A stretch of DNA of 64,000 nt from an uncultured Holophagales bacterium. Lineage in GTDB: Bacteria; Acidobacteriota; Thermoanaerobaculia; Multivoradales; UBA5704. Made by a program: the position numbers and the translations under genes. The notes beneath the pieces were generated by a model. The model was not told where the DNA came from. It did not search any database and saw nothing but the letters and a program-made list of their open reading frames with translations. Shown here piece by piece: positions 19,747 to 39,309 of the stretch (position 1 is its first letter; the number at the start of each line of letters is the position of its first letter). Location: positions 640,001-704,000 of the forward strand of contig CAWJGT010000009.1 in assembly GCA_963842525.1 (NCBI GenBank), read 5' to 3'.

Positions 19747-21099
19747 ATGCGACCCGACCGCTTCTTTCTCCTCGCCGGGCTGCTGTTCGGCCTCGCCTTC
19801 GTCTTCGGCACGCCGCCGTTCCAGGTTCCGGACGAGCCGTCCCATTTCTACCGCGCCTATGCGTTGAGCGAGGGCGAGCCGTGGGCACAGCGCGCCGGCG
19901 GGCGGCTGGGCGCAATGCTTCCGGCCAGCCTCCAGGAGCTCGTGACCGATCTGCGGGGCGATCTGCCGGGCCACCCCGAGCGGAAGATCTCTCCTGAAAA
20001 GATCCTGCGGGCGCTGCGGACACCCCTCGACGAGGAGCGGCGGGTTTTCCTCGAATACCGGACCTCGGCGCTCTACACCGCGGTCCCATATCTCCCCCAA
20101 GCGACCGGGATCGCCCTCGCCCGGTGGCTCGGAGCGCCCGCGCTCGGCCTGCTCTATGCGGCGCGGCTGGCCAACCTGCTCGTCGCGACCGCCCTGATCG
20201 TCATCGGCCTGCGCTGGCTCCCCTCCTATGTCTGGCTGGTCACGATGCTCGCGTTGACGCCGATGGCGCTCTTCCAGCGCGCTTCGGCCTCGGCGGATGC
20301 GCCCACCGGCGCCCTGGCCTTCCTGCTGGTCGGCGCCGTCGCAAGGCTCGCCTGGGGAGCGGAGGAGAGGAGAGGATGGCGCGACTTCGCGGTCGTGACG
20401 GCTTGCACGGCGGCGCTCTGCCTGTCGAAGCTCTACGTCGCCCTTGCCTGCCTGGTGCTCCTGGTCCCTGCCGCACGCTTTCCCGGCGGCCGGCGCGGAC
20501 CGGCCCTCGCGCTCTTCGCGGTGATCATCGCCGCTGCCACCGCCCTGGCGCTGGCGACCGCGGGCGCCGTGGACGTTTCCATCCGGCCGGACGCCCCCGC
20601 GGTGGACAAGAGCCGACAGCTCCAGCATGTGCTGGCCGACCCTTTCCGGGTGGCCGGGATCTTCGTCGAGGACTATCTGGAGCGCGGGGACCGCTACATG
20701 GCCCAGATCGTGGGACAGCTCGGCTGGCTCGATGTGAATCTTCCCAAGCCGTTCCTGTGGGGATATCTGGCCGTGCTCGGCCTGCTGGTGCTCTTCGACA
20801 GCCGGCGGCAGGTGGAGGTGAGGCCGTGGCAGCGGGCCCTCCTGGGCCTCATGGTGCTGGCGACCCTCGCGCTGATCAGCATCTCGCAATACCTCCTCTG
20901 GACGCCCTACGGAGCAAGCTACGTCGAGGGCACCCAGGGACGCTATTTCATCCCCATGGCCCCGGCTGCGGCGTGGCTTCTCCACACCCGGCGTTTCGCG
21001 GTCGACCAGAATCTCCTCGACCGGACTCTGCCCTGGCTCAGCCTGCTCTCCTGCGGTTTCGCCTTCTGGCTGGTATTGCGGCGATACTACGGGGTCTGA
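19747..21099 (+). CDS. DUF2142-like polytopic membrane protein (probable GT-C glycosyltransferase)
   Basis: TPPFQVPDEPSHFYRAY, many TM segments, GxLGWLD and GTQGRYFIP. Confidence 0.8.
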   Translation: MRPDRFFLLAGLLFGLAFVFGTPPFQVPDEPSHFYRAYALSEGEPWAQRAGGRLGAMLPASLQELVTDLRGDLPGHPERKISPEKILRALRTPLDEERRVFLEYRTSALYTAVPYLPQATGIALARWLGAPALGLLYAARLANLLVATALIVIGLRWLPSYVWLVTMLALTPMALFQRASASADAPTGALAFLLVGAVARLAWGAEERRGWRDFAVVTACTAALCLSKLYVALACLVLLVPAARFPGGRRGPALALFAVIIAAATALALATAGAVDVSIRPDAPAVDKSRQLQHVLADPFRVAGIFVEDYLERGDRYMAQIVGQLGWLDVNLPKPFLWGYLAVLGLLVLFDSRRQVEVRPWQRALLGLMVLATLALISISQYLLWTPYGASYVEGTQGRYFIPMAPAAAWLLHTRRFAVDQNLLDRTLPWLSLLSCGFAFWLVLRRYYGV

Positions 21100-21110
21100 G
21101 ACTCACGATC

Positions 21111-22772
21111 ATGGATCCCCGGACCCGAACCTCGACAAGTGCGCGGATGCGCTGGGCCCTCGGGCTCGCGGCCGTCGTGTGGGTGCTGCCCCTCTGGGTG
21201 ATCCGCTTCCTGCCGATGCTGGACTACCCCCAGCAACTGGCCATGGCCGCGATCCTGCGCTGGTACCACGACCCGGTGCGGAGATTCGCCGAGACCTTCG
21301 ACCTGGCGCTGTGGCGGCCGCAGGGGCTCTTCGAGATGGTCACCGCCGGCCTGGCGTGGGTCCTGCCGATCGAGAGCGCGGGCAAGCTCGTCATCGCTCT
21401 CTCCCTGGCCGCGGTGCTGCCCGCAGCGATAGCCCTCTGCCGACGGACCGGATGTCCGGACTGGTATGCGCTCCTGGCCCTCGCGGTCACCTACAACCAT
21501 GCATTCTACTGGGGCTTCGCGGACAACCTCCCGGCCTATCCGCTGGTGCTGGCCGGCCTCGCCCTGGCGGACCGGCTGTTCGACCGCCCGCTGCGGCCGT
21601 CCGGCTGGCTGCTGCTGGCGGGCTACGCCCTGCTTTTCTATACGGTCCACCTCGAGTTTCTGCTGGTGCTGGTGGGCGGCATCGCCTGGCTCGCTCTCGT
21701 CCGGCGGTCCGGCCTGCGCGAGCTGCTCGTCCGGCTGTCGACCGTGGTGCCCGGCCTGGCGCTGGGCGCCGGCGTGCTCGGCTGGGCCCATCTGCACCAG
21801 GCCGAGGTGATGACCGCCTACCAGCGCCACCTCCAGACCGAGGAGACCCGCTGGTCCAGCTTCGCGGACAAGCTCGCGACCGTGCCGGACAAGCTCTTCG
21901 GTGCCTACAGCAGCGGCACGCAGTGGCTGCTCCTGATCCTCCTGCTGGCGGTGGCCGCTCTCCTGGTCCCCAATTCTTCACGCCAGGAAGGGGAGGAGCG
22001 GGGAAGCCTCCTCTTCCGCAGCCGTTTCGGGGTGGCTGCCGCGGTGCTCTTCCTCCTCTCCTTCATCCTGCCCGAGTTCTCGCGTGGCTACATGGTCGCG
22101 GAGCGGCTCGTTGCCATGGCGGCCATGCTGGCCGTGCCCGCCATGCCGTGCCCGCGCTCGGCGCCGCAACGGCGGCTGGCGGCGCTCCTGGTCTGCGTGC
22201 TTCTCGTGGTCCAATGGGGCCAGACCGTGGCCAGCTTCCTCCGCTTCTCCGCCGAGACCGCGGGATTGAGCGAGCTGCTCGACTCGACCGAGCCGGGTCA
22301 GTCGCTCGCCGGGCTGATCTACGAGCGGACCGACGAGTGGGACATCCCCCATGTGCTGGCCCATTACGAGGCATACTATCAGGTGCTCCAGGGAGGAAGG
22401 ACCCACTTCACCTTCGTCCAGTTCTTCAACTCTCCGGTCCGTTTCCGGCCGGGGCAGAACTGGCCCGACGACCTGGTCGTGGAATGGGACGAATGGAACC
22501 CGTGGGACTTCCGGTACAGGCGGCACGGAGAGCCCTTCCGCTACTTCCTCCTGTACGGCTCCCGGCTCCACCTGATGGCGGCATTCGGCCGGCATCTCGG
22601 GGAGGTGAGCGTGCGCCAGGCCGGGCGCTGGTTCCTGATCGAGCGCGTCCCGTCTAGAATGGCAGCGCGAGGTGCGCCGTGGATCATTCACCATCCCGAG
22701 CCGGTCGACTCAGTCCCGAGGTGGAGGAGCGGTTTCTCCACGGAGCCCGCGAAGCGGCCAGGTTCTTCATGA
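21111..22772 (+). CDS. Polytopic membrane protein, possibly GT-C-like
   Basis: LPMLDYPQQL after the first TM, about 10 or more TM segments, soluble C-terminal domain. The 3' end is uncertain because it overlaps the next gene. Confidence 0.7.
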   Translation: MDPRTRTSTSARMRWALGLAAVVWVLPLWVIRFLPMLDYPQQLAMAAILRWYHDPVRRFAETFDLALWRPQGLFEMVTAGLAWVLPIESAGKLVIALSLAAVLPAAIALCRRTGCPDWYALLALAVTYNHAFYWGFADNLPAYPLVLAGLALADRLFDRPLRPSGWLLLAGYALLFYTVHLEFLLVLVGGIAWLALVRRSGLRELLVRLSTVVPGLALGAGVLGWAHLHQAEVMTAYQRHLQTEETRWSSFADKLATVPDKLFGAYSSGTQWLLLILLLAVAALLVPNSSRQEGEERGSLLFRSRFGVAAAVLFLLSFILPEFSRGYMVAERLVAMAAMLAVPAMPCPRSAPQRRLAALLVCVLLVVQWGQTVASFLRFSAETAGLSELLDSTEPGQSLAGLIYERTDEWDIPHVLAHYEAYYQVLQGGRTHFTFVQFFNSPVRFRPGQNWPDDLVVEWDEWNPWDFRYRRHGEPFRYFLLYGSRLHLMAAFGRHLGEVSVRQAGRWFLIERVPSRMAARGAPWIIHHPEPVDSVPRWRSGFSTEPAKRPGSS

Positions 22773-23320
22773 ACAAGTCCAACGTGCATGAAGCGCTGGA
22801 GCGTCTGGTGGAGCGCCTGACGGAGCTGAAGATCCCCTACGCGATCGTCGGCGCCTTGTCCCTCAATGCCTACGGCTACCAGCGGACGACCAGCGACGTT
22901 GATGTGCTCCTGCGCCGGGACGACCTGGAGTCCTTCAAAAAGGCGTATCTCGGACGCGGGTACGTCGAAAAATTTCCGGGCAGCAAAGGGCTTCGGGATG
23001 CAACCCAGAACGTCGACATCGACGTCCTCCTCACGGGTGACTATCCAGGCGACGGGAAGGAGAAGCCCGTCGCCTTCCCCGATCCGGCCAAGGCGGCCGT
23101 GCGCGGTGAGCGCTTCGCGCTCCTGCCGCTCTCCACTCTGATCGAGCTCAAGCTGGCGTCCGGAATGACCGCGCCTCACAGGCTCCGGGACCTGGCCGAC
23201 GTCATCGAGCTGATCCGGGAGAACGCGATCGAGGAGAGCTTTGCCGAGTCACTTCATCCCTATGTGCGGGAGAAGTTCCGCGAGCTCTGGCAGGCCGCCC
23301 AGGCCCATGATGCCGAGTGA
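22679..23320 (+). CDS. Nucleotidyltransferase (Pol-beta superfamily, AbiEii/DUF6036-like)
   Basis: YAIVGALSL..YGYQRTTSDVDVLL, LIELKLAS and RLRDLADV. Confidence 0.8.
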   Translation: MDHSPSRAGRLSPEVEERFLHGAREAARFFMNKSNVHEALERLVERLTELKIPYAIVGALSLNAYGYQRTTSDVDVLLRRDDLESFKKAYLGRGYVEKFPGSKGLRDATQNVDIDVLLTGDYPGDGKEKPVAFPDPAKAAVRGERFALLPLSTLIELKLASGMTAPHRLRDLADVIELIRENAIEESFAESLHPYVREKFRELWQAAQAHDAE

Positions 23321-23423
23321 CCGGGTTTTTGAAAAAGGGGGGGAAGGGCCCCCGGCAAGACACACCGGGGGCCTGCCCTCGCCGCGGAAGCGAGAAGCCG
23401 GGAGGCGTGAGCCCGGAGCGGGG

Positions 23424-24872
23424 TCAGCGGACGCGTTTCATGGGAGACGGCGGCGGCGGGGGAGGGATCTTCGAGCGATCGGCGAGGTGGCTGCCGAGCG
23501 ATCTCAAGGTGGCCTCTCCGCCGCTGGTCAGCGCGAGCTGGGATGTGTGCTCCACGATCTCCTTGCGGGCTCCCTCGCGGTACCGCAGAGCCGTCCGGAA
23601 GTGGAAGGTCAGGGTCTGGCCGTCGATCGACAGGTCATAGGCGGGGATGTCGACGGTGTCGGTGCGTAGCGAGCCGTCCTCGTCCTTCAGGTGCCTGTAG
23701 AGGGTGAGGATCGCCTCGGGCCGGCCGTTGGTCAGCCGGACCTCGAGCTCGCTGCCGGGGAGCTTGCTGCCGTCGTCGGTGGGGAAGCCGCTCTGCCAGA
23801 CTCCCAGGAAGGGCTTCCAGGAAGCGGTGTCCTGGCCTGGAGCCGCAGGGGCGCGGGCCGCCAGGGAGGAGGCCGCGAGGCCGGTGCCGGCCAGGATAAG
23901 AAGGGCGAAGCAGAGGGAGGCGAGCGCCAGGCGCGCGCCCAGGCGAGACCGCGGATCGGTCAACCGTTTCATACGTACCTCCAGGGTTTCGGCGGTGTCC
24001 GATTGATGGACGCCGAGAGTGAAGACCGGTCGGGGGAGACCGGCGATGGAGGCAGCCAGGGAGAGGAGCGACCGGGCATAGGCGCGGGCGCCGATCAGCC
24101 TCTCCACCGTGGCCTCGTCGCAGGCCATCTCCCGGGTTTCAGCGAGCCGGCGCCGGAGACGGCGGACGGCGGGGTGGAAGGCGAGAGGAACGAGGAGCGC
24201 CTCGCCCAGGAGATGGAGGGCGTAATCCCTCCGCCGGACGTGCGCCATCTCGTGGCCCAGGCAGGTGATCAGCTCCTCCGGAGTGGCGGCCGCCGGGAAG
24301 CCCGGAGGGAGCAGGATGACGGGGCGCAGGGCCCCGAGGGTGAGCGGACCGGGGATCCGGTCGGAGGCGAAGAGGTCGACCCGGTCGAGGCCGAAGGCCT
24401 CGCGGCAGCGCTCCGCAATGGCTGCCGCCTCGGCGGGGAGCGGCAGCGGCTGCGCCGTGCGGGCCAGGGCGCGGGCCCGCCGCCAGGACCATACTAGCCG
24501 GCCGGCATGGGCCAACACGGAAGCCCCATACAGTAAGGCCAGCGCCGTCAGGGCGAACGGGGGGACGATCGAGCGGTGCCCGGCAGGCGGCCGTGGCTCC
24601 CCGGCGGCTTCCACGATTCCAACATCGGCCGGGGTCAGGGCCTGCGCATCGAGCACCGGCGGGGCGCCGGCCTCGGGAGAGCTTTCCGGGACCAGGCTGG
24701 CTGCCGGCAGCAGAAGGCAGGTCCCCAGCGACGCCAGCCAGAGGGCATGGCGCAGGCGCGCCGGCCCTCGATGCAGGAGGCGCTCTGTCAGGGAGGCGGC
24801 CAGCACGACGAGCGGCACCTGCCAGAGAGCGTTCAGCAGGAAGGTCAGAGCGAGCGCCTCAAGCCTCTCCAT
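23424..24872 (-). CDS. BlaR1/MecR1-like M56 peptidase sensor
   Basis: N-terminal TMs, GPLTLG..RPVILLP, HEMAH..RRD and REMACD. Confidence 0.92.
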   Translation of the reverse strand: MERLEALALTFLLNALWQVPLVVLAASLTERLLHRGPARLRHALWLASLGTCLLLPAASLVPESSPEAGAPPVLDAQALTPADVGIVEAAGEPRPPAGHRSIVPPFALTALALLYGASVLAHAGRLVWSWRRARALARTAQPLPLPAEAAAIAERCREAFGLDRVDLFASDRIPGPLTLGALRPVILLPPGFPAAATPEELITCLGHEMAHVRRRDYALHLLGEALLVPLAFHPAVRRLRRRLAETREMACDEATVERLIGARAYARSLLSLAASIAGLPRPVFTLGVHQSDTAETLEVRMKRLTDPRSRLGARLALASLCFALLILAGTGLAASSLAARAPAAPGQDTASWKPFLGVWQSGFPTDDGSKLPGSELEVRLTNGRPEAILTLYRHLKDEDGSLRTDTVDIPAYDLSIDGQTLTFHFRTALRYREGARKEIVEHTSQLALTSGGEATLRSLGSHLADRSKIPPPPPPSPMKRVR

Positions 24873-25251
24873 GGCCGTCCTCCTCGAGCAGCGCCGTGAG
24901 CCGGGCCAGCTTCTTCGGGGTCAATTGCCGGGTCTCCACCAGGCTCAGGACCAGGTCCTCGGCCGAGCCGTCGAACATCCGCTGCACCAGGTCGCCGACC
25001 GCCAGCCGCGCCGCCTGCGGGCGGGTGACCGCGGGCTCGTAGAGGAAGGCGCGGCCCTGCAGCTCGCGCCGTACCTTCTCCTTACGGTGCAGCACGTTGA
25101 GCATCGTCTGGACCGTGTTGTAGGCCAGCGTGCGCTCGGCCGGCAGCCGCTCCTGGACGGTCTGCACGGAAGCGGGTCCGGTCTCCCAGAGAACCTTCAT
25201 GATCTCCAGCTCCAGGGGCGTGAGCTGCTCGGTGGATTGCCGCTTCCGCAT
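24859..25251 (-). CDS. BlaI/MecI/CopY-family repressor
   Basis: LELEIMKVLW, LAYNTVQTML and GRAFLYEP. Confidence 0.95.
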   Translation of the reverse strand: MRKRQSTEQLTPLELEIMKVLWETGPASVQTVQERLPAERTLAYNTVQTMLNVLHRKEKVRRELQGRAFLYEPAVTRPQAARLAVGDLVQRMFDGSAEDLVLSLVETRQLTPKKLARLTALLEEDGHGEA

Positions 25252-25260
25252 CGGGCACCT

Positions 25261-25316
25261 CCTAATGATTTCGGAGTGTAACCCGGTCCGCGGCGGCTGT
25301 CAACTAAGATTTTAGG
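25261..25316 (-). promoter_or_regulatory. Promoter of the blaI-like gene with two candidate operator palindromes
   Basis: Minus strand reads TTGACA-N17-TACACT. It is flanked by CCTAATGATTTCGG (25261-25274) and ACTAAGATTTTAGG (25303-25316). Confidence 0.6.
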
Positions 25317-25530
25317 ACTTCACCAGGCCGGGCGGACGGTCCACTCCTCGGCTGTCCGGCCCGCTCCACGGAGCAGGTCGTCCGTTCCGCGGAGCGGAAG
25401 CCCCAGAATTCGATGATGCCGTCATGGTCCACTGGTCCACAGGAATGTCTGGACAGGAGAAAGCAGTTCTGGCATACTACCCGTCCCCTCGGGGCGCCCT
25501 CCCAAGGTCGTAACCAGCGAGCGAAGGGGC

Positions 25531-25559
25531 TTTACACGGAGATGGGTAGGCTGTACCAT
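25531..25559 (+). promoter_or_regulatory. Sigma70-type promoter for tRNA-Thr-tuf
   Basis: TTTACA-N17-TACCAT. Confidence 0.5.
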
Positions 25560-25622
25560 CTTGCGGTTTCGCCGTCAGGAACGTCCGAGCAGCAGCTCCG
25601 GGCGAACCTACGGGTGTCTCAA

Positions 25623-25697
25623 GCCCACGTGGCTCAGGGGTAGAGCACTTCCTTGGTAAGGAAGGGGTCACCGGTTCAAATCCGGTCGTGGGCTCCA
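25623..25697 (+). tRNA. tRNA-Thr(GGT)
   Basis: Anticodon loop TTGGTAA, CCA end, immediately before tuf. Confidence 0.97.
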
Positions 25698-25771
25698 TAG
25701 ATTCAACGTAGATTCAAGTCAACCGAGCTGTGACTTCAACAACCGAGATTTCGGGAGGCAGATAGAGCGCC

Positions 25772-26965
<1,194 letters not shown>

Positions 26966-26979
26966 ATTAGGCAGGATAC

Positions 26980-27056
26980 AGGGCAGTAGCTCGAACTGGT
27001 AGAGCATCGGTCTCCAAAACCGAGGGTTGGGGGTTCGAATCCCTCCTGCCCTGCCA
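26980..27056 (+). tRNA. tRNA-Trp(CCA)
   Basis: Anticodon loop CTCCAAA, CCA end, before secE. Confidence 0.96.
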
Positions 27057-27077
27057 ATCTTCTCGGAGCACAAAAGC

Positions 27078-27281
27078 ATGATGGACTGGTGGAACAAGGC
27101 GAAGACGTTTCTCTCGGAGGTGCGTTCCGAGATGAAGAAGGTCTCCTTTCCCTCGCGCGACGAGGTGGTGGGGACCACGATCGTGGTGATCGTCACCAGC
27201 TTCATCTTCGCGGTCTTCCTGTTTCTCGCCGATCAGCTCATCGTCCTGGGCTACCAGGGTCTGGTGAAGGTGTTGGGATGA
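27078..27281 (+). CDS. secE: Preprotein translocase SecE
   Basis: FLSEVRSEMKKVSFP plus one TM. Confidence 0.95.
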   Translation: MMDWWNKAKTFLSEVRSEMKKVSFPSRDEVVGTTIVVIVTSFIFAVFLFLADQLIVLGYQGLVKVLG

Positions 27282-27826
27282 TGACCGAGGCGGGCGCCGG
27301 CAAGAAGTGGTACATCGTCCACACCTACTCCGGGTTCGAGGAGCGGGTCAAGGAGACGCTGCGCCAGCGAGCCGAGGCGCTCGGCATGGGGCAGTCCTTC
27401 GGCGACATCCGCATCCCGACCGAGACGGTGGTCGAGTACAAGGGCGGCAAGAAGAAGGAGACCCAGCGCAAGTTCTTCCCCGGCTACATCCTCGTCGAGA
27501 TGGAGATGTCCGACGACACGTGGCACGTGGTCAAGAACACGCCGAAGGTCACCGGCTTCGTGGGCACCGGCAAGAAGCCGACGCCGCTCTCCGAGGAGGA
27601 GGTCAACCAGATCCTCGAGCAGGTGGTGACCGCCAAGGAGAAGCCGAAGCCCAAGTACGTGTTCGAGAAGGCCGAGCCGGTGCGGATCACGGACGGGCCG
27701 TTCAACAACTTCACGGGCGTGGTGGACGAGGTCAACCTCGACCGCAACACCCTGAAGGTCATGGTGACGATCTTCGGCCGGCAGACGCCGGTCGAGCTGG
27801 ACTTCTCGCAGGTCCAGAAGATCTGA
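27278..27826 (+). CDS. nusG: Transcription factor NusG
   Basis: WYIVHTYSGFE, FFPGY and KOW motif DGPFNNF. Confidence 0.98.
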   Translation: MMTEAGAGKKWYIVHTYSGFEERVKETLRQRAEALGMGQSFGDIRIPTETVVEYKGGKKKETQRKFFPGYILVEMEMSDDTWHVVKNTPKVTGFVGTGKKPTPLSEEEVNQILEQVVTAKEKPKPKYVFEKAEPVRITDGPFNNFTGVVDEVNLDRNTLKVMVTIFGRQTPVELDFSQVQKI

Positions 27827-27848
27827 TCCGCGCCGCTGAGGACAATTT

Positions 27849-28274
27849 ATGGCGAAGAAGATCACTGGCTATATCAAGCTGCAGATTCCCGCCGGCGCGG
27901 CGACGCCGGCTCCCCCGGTTGGCCCCGCCCTGGGCCAGGCGGGCGTCAACATCATGGATTTCGTGAAGAATTTCAACGCCCGGACCGCGGCGCAGACGGG
28001 GCTCATCATCCCGGTGGTCATCACCGTCTACGCCGACCGCAGCTACACCTTCATTACCAAGACGCCCCCGGCGGCGATCCTGTTGAAGAAGGCGGCCGGG
28101 GTCGACAAGGGCTCGGGCGAGCCGAACAAGAAGAAGATCGGCCGCGTGACCCGGGCGCAGGTCGAGGAGATCGCCAAGACCAAGATGCCCGACTTGAACG
28201 CGGCCAACCTGGAGGCGGCGGTCAAGACCGTCGAGGGCACGGCCCGCTCCATGGGCCTCGAGGTCGAGGGTTAA
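27849..28274 (+). CDS. rplK: 50S ribosomal protein L11
   Basis: [13 protein letters not shown]. Confidence 0.98.
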   Translation: MAKKITGYIKLQIPAGAATPAPPVGPALGQAGVNIMDFVKNFNARTAAQTGLIIPVVITVYADRSYTFITKTPPAAILLKKAAGVDKGSGEPNKKKIGRVTRAQVEEIAKTKMPDLNAANLEAAVKTVEGTARSMGLEVEG

Positions 28275-28285
28275 GGAGAACAGCT

Positions 28286-28984
28286 GTGGCGAAGCACGGA
28301 AAGAAGTATCAGGCGGCAGCCCAGAAGGTGGAGCCGCGGGCCTACACCCTGCCCGACGCCCTCGCCCTGGCGAAGGACGCGGCGTACGTCAAGTTCGACG
28401 AGACGGTCGAGGTCTCGATGCGGCTGGGGGTCGACCCCAAGCACGCCGACCAGATGGTCCGCGGCACGGTGGTGCTGCCCCACGGGCTCGGCAAGTCGGT
28501 CCGCGTCCTGGTGTTCGCCAGCGGCGAGAAGATCCGCGAGGCCGAGGAGGCCGGCGCGGACCACGTGGGCGGCGACGACGTGGCCAAGAAGATCGAAGGC
28601 GGCTGGCTCGATTTCGACGCGGTGGTGGCGACCCCGGACATGATGCGGGTCGTCGGCCGCCTGGGCAAGGTCCTTGGCCCCCGTGGCCTGATGCCGAACC
28701 CCAAGGCGGGCACCGTCACCGTGGACGTGGCCAAGGCGGTCCAGGACATCAAGGCCGGCAAGGTGGAGTTCCGCGTCGACAAGACCGGCATCATCCACGC
28801 GCCGATCGGCAAGCTCTCCTTCGGGGCCGACCGGCTGCGGGAGAACGCCGACGCCCTGATCGGCGCCGTGATCAAGGCCAAGCCGAGCGCGGCCAAGGGC
28901 AAGTACGTCAAGGGCGTGAGCCTGTCGTCCACCATGGGACCCGGCATCAAGGTGGATGAGACCGCCCTCACTGTAGAGGCGTAG
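28286..28984 (+). CDS. rplA: 50S ribosomal protein L1
   Basis: KFDETVE and [11 protein letters not shown]. Confidence 0.98.
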   Translation: MAKHGKKYQAAAQKVEPRAYTLPDALALAKDAAYVKFDETVEVSMRLGVDPKHADQMVRGTVVLPHGLGKSVRVLVFASGEKIREAEEAGADHVGGDDVAKKIEGGWLDFDAVVATPDMMRVVGRLGKVLGPRGLMPNPKAGTVTVDVAKAVQDIKAGKVEFRVDKTGIIHAPIGKLSFGADRLRENADALIGAVIKAKPSAAKGKYVKGVSLSSTMGPGIKVDETALTVEA

Positions 28985-28996
28985 GAGGGAACGACC

Positions 28997-29557
28997 ATGC
29001 CTTTGACCCGTACCCAGAAAGAAGAGCTGCTCGCGGAGTACGAGCAGGGCCTGAAGTCCGCTCCGCACGTCTTCCTGGTGGGCTACCAGGGGATCACCGT
29101 GCCGCAGGTCACCGCTCTGCGCGAGAAGGTGCGCGGGAGCGGCGGCCAGTACGTGGTGGTGAAGAACACGCTGGCCCTGCGCGCCATCGACGGCGCCGCC
29201 CTGTCGGCCTTGAAGGAGCACTTCGTCGGCCCGACCGCCGTGGCCTACAGCGAGCAGGACCCGGTCTCCCTGGCCAAGGCCCTGACCGACTTCGCCAAGG
29301 ACGTACCGGCGGTCAAGTTCAAGGCCGGCCTGGTGGAGGGGCGGGCGATCGCGGCCGACCAGATCAAGGACATCGCTTCGCTGCCCGGCCGGGAGGAGCT
29401 GATCGCCAAGCTGCTCTTCCTGCTGCAGTCGCCGATCACGCGCTTCGTGCGGGTGCTCGCGGCCTTGCCGCGGTCGTTCGTGGTGGTGCTGGATCAGGTC
29501 CGCATCCAGAAGGAACAGCAGGCCTCGGAGCCTGTCCAGGAATCTGCCCAGGAATAA
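28997..29557 (+). CDS. rplJ: 50S ribosomal protein L10
   Basis: VVKNTLA and LPGREELIA. Confidence 0.96.
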   Translation: MPLTRTQKEELLAEYEQGLKSAPHVFLVGYQGITVPQVTALREKVRGSGGQYVVVKNTLALRAIDGAALSALKEHFVGPTAVAYSEQDPVSLAKALTDFAKDVPAVKFKAGLVEGRAIAADQIKDIASLPGREELIAKLLFLLQSPITRFVRVLAALPRSFVVVLDQVRIQKEQQASEPVQESAQE

Positions 29558-29610
29558 GAACAGAGATTGAATTCCGGACTTTCGCAGTCCGCAGCGCGTA
29601 AGGAGAGAAC

Positions 29611-29988
29611 ATGGCTATCGCGACCCAGGAGCTCATCACCCAGATCGACGGCATGACCGTCCTCGAGCTGAACCAGCTCGTCAAGGCGCTCGAGGAGCAC
29701 TACGGTGTCTCCGCGGCCGCCGCGGCCGTGGCCGCGCCGGCGGCCGGGGCTGCGGCCGCCGCGCCCGTCGAGGAGAAGACCGAGTTCGACGTCATCCTCA
29801 AGGCGGCGGGTGACAAGAAGATCAACGTCATCAAGGCGGTCCGCGAGGTCACCAGCCTCGGCCTGAAGGAGGCCAAGGACCTCGTCGAGTCCGCCCCGGC
29901 CCCGATCAAGGAGGGGATCTCCAAGGATGAGGCCGAGGCAGTCAAGAAGAAGTTCGAAGAGGCCGGCGCCACGGTGGAGCTCAAGTAA
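29611..29988 (+). CDS. rplL: 50S ribosomal protein L7/L12
   Basis: EEKTEFDV and [11 protein letters not shown]. Confidence 0.98.
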   Translation: MAIATQELITQIDGMTVLELNQLVKALEEHYGVSAAAAAVAAPAAGAAAAAPVEEKTEFDVILKAAGDKKINVIKAVREVTSLGLKEAKDLVESAPAPIKEGISKDEAEAVKKKFEEAGATVELK

Positions 29989-30280
29989 ACCCCGCACGTG
30001 GACCTGCGGACCACGTCGGCACGCGCCTCGACGATCCGGAAGCTCCGTCCGCCCTGCAGGCTCCTGGGCGGATGCTCCGCGCGCCCAGGGCATAAATGGG
30101 GCGCCGCGGTTGTTCTGGAATTTGACGATTACCATGCCCGGCGCCCCATCGCGAAACGAGCGGTGGGCTGGGCATGGTGTCTCCTGCTTTCGCGCCAGGA
30201 GTCCCGATACCCTCCACGGCAGGCCCATGGTTGCCGCGTAGATCTCTTACCAGGCATCGAGGAGATAGCAAGGACCACCT

Positions 30281-34544
<4,264 letters not shown>

Positions 34545-34556
34545 GGAGGAAGACCA

Positions 34557-38738
<4,182 letters not shown>

Positions 38739-38777
38739 TCTCAGGGGCCCCGGGGCTCTCCCCGAACGCCAGACACC

Positions 38778-38805
38778 AAGGGCGGCCGCGAGGCCGCCCT
38801 TTTTT
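38778..38805 (+). terminator. Intrinsic terminator after rpoC
   Basis: AAGGGCGGCC-GCGA-GGCCGCCCTT followed by a T run. Confidence 0.85.
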
Positions 38806-38822
38806 CGTTGCCCCCATGGCTC

Positions 38823-38851
38823 TTGCCACAGGCGCCTCCTCCTGCTATTCT
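38823..38851 (+). promoter_or_regulatory. Candidate promoter of the hicB-hicA-like pair
   Basis: TTGCCA-N17-TATTCT. Confidence 0.45.
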
Positions 38852-38901
38852 TCGTCACTGTTGAGAGGGAAAAGTCGTGCGGCCAGGATAACTGATGGTC
38901 T

Positions 38902-39309
38902 GTGGCAACCGTTGAGCTGAATGCGATGTCATCGGAACATGCACGCCCGCGCGAAGCCGCGAATGTAGATCGTCTCGCAGCTCTCGAAGGACGAGTCGCG
39001 GCGCTTGAGGAGGAGCGAGACCATCCTCCTCAGTATGAAATGTGGATCCATACTTTCGCCCCCGAGCCGTTTTCTCTCAAGAAGCCCATCCCGATTCTTG
39101 TGCGCCCTCACGACGGCGAATTCCTTGCATCCTTGAGCGACGCCAACATCAACATTTCGGGTGAGACGGCGACGGAAGCATTCACCAGCATCAAGAGTCT
39201 GATCCTGGACATCTGGGAGCGTCTGCAAAAACTCTCCACGACGACCAGTCTGGGTCCCAGGCTCGAAGAGAGGCTGGCGGTTCTGCGCGAGTATATCGAT
39301 GGGCCGTAG
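38902..39309 (+). CDS. HicB-like antitoxin
   Basis: FLASL...ISGETATEAF partial RNase H-like pattern. Confidence 0.6.
   Translation: MATVELNAMSSEHARPREAANVDRLAALEGRVAALEEERDHPPQYEMWIHTFAPEPFSLKKPIPILVRPHDGEFLASLSDANINISGETATEAFTSIKSLILDIWERLQKLSTTTSLGPRLEERLAVLREYIDGP

Noticed and set aside
19267-20985. 572 aa minus-strand ORF over the tRNA cluster
   Set aside because: Antisense to three tRNAs and the DUF2142-like gene, so spurious.
26966-26979. Absence of rpmG between tuf and tRNA-Trp
   Set aside because: The position of rpmG varies widely among bacteria, so this is not informative.
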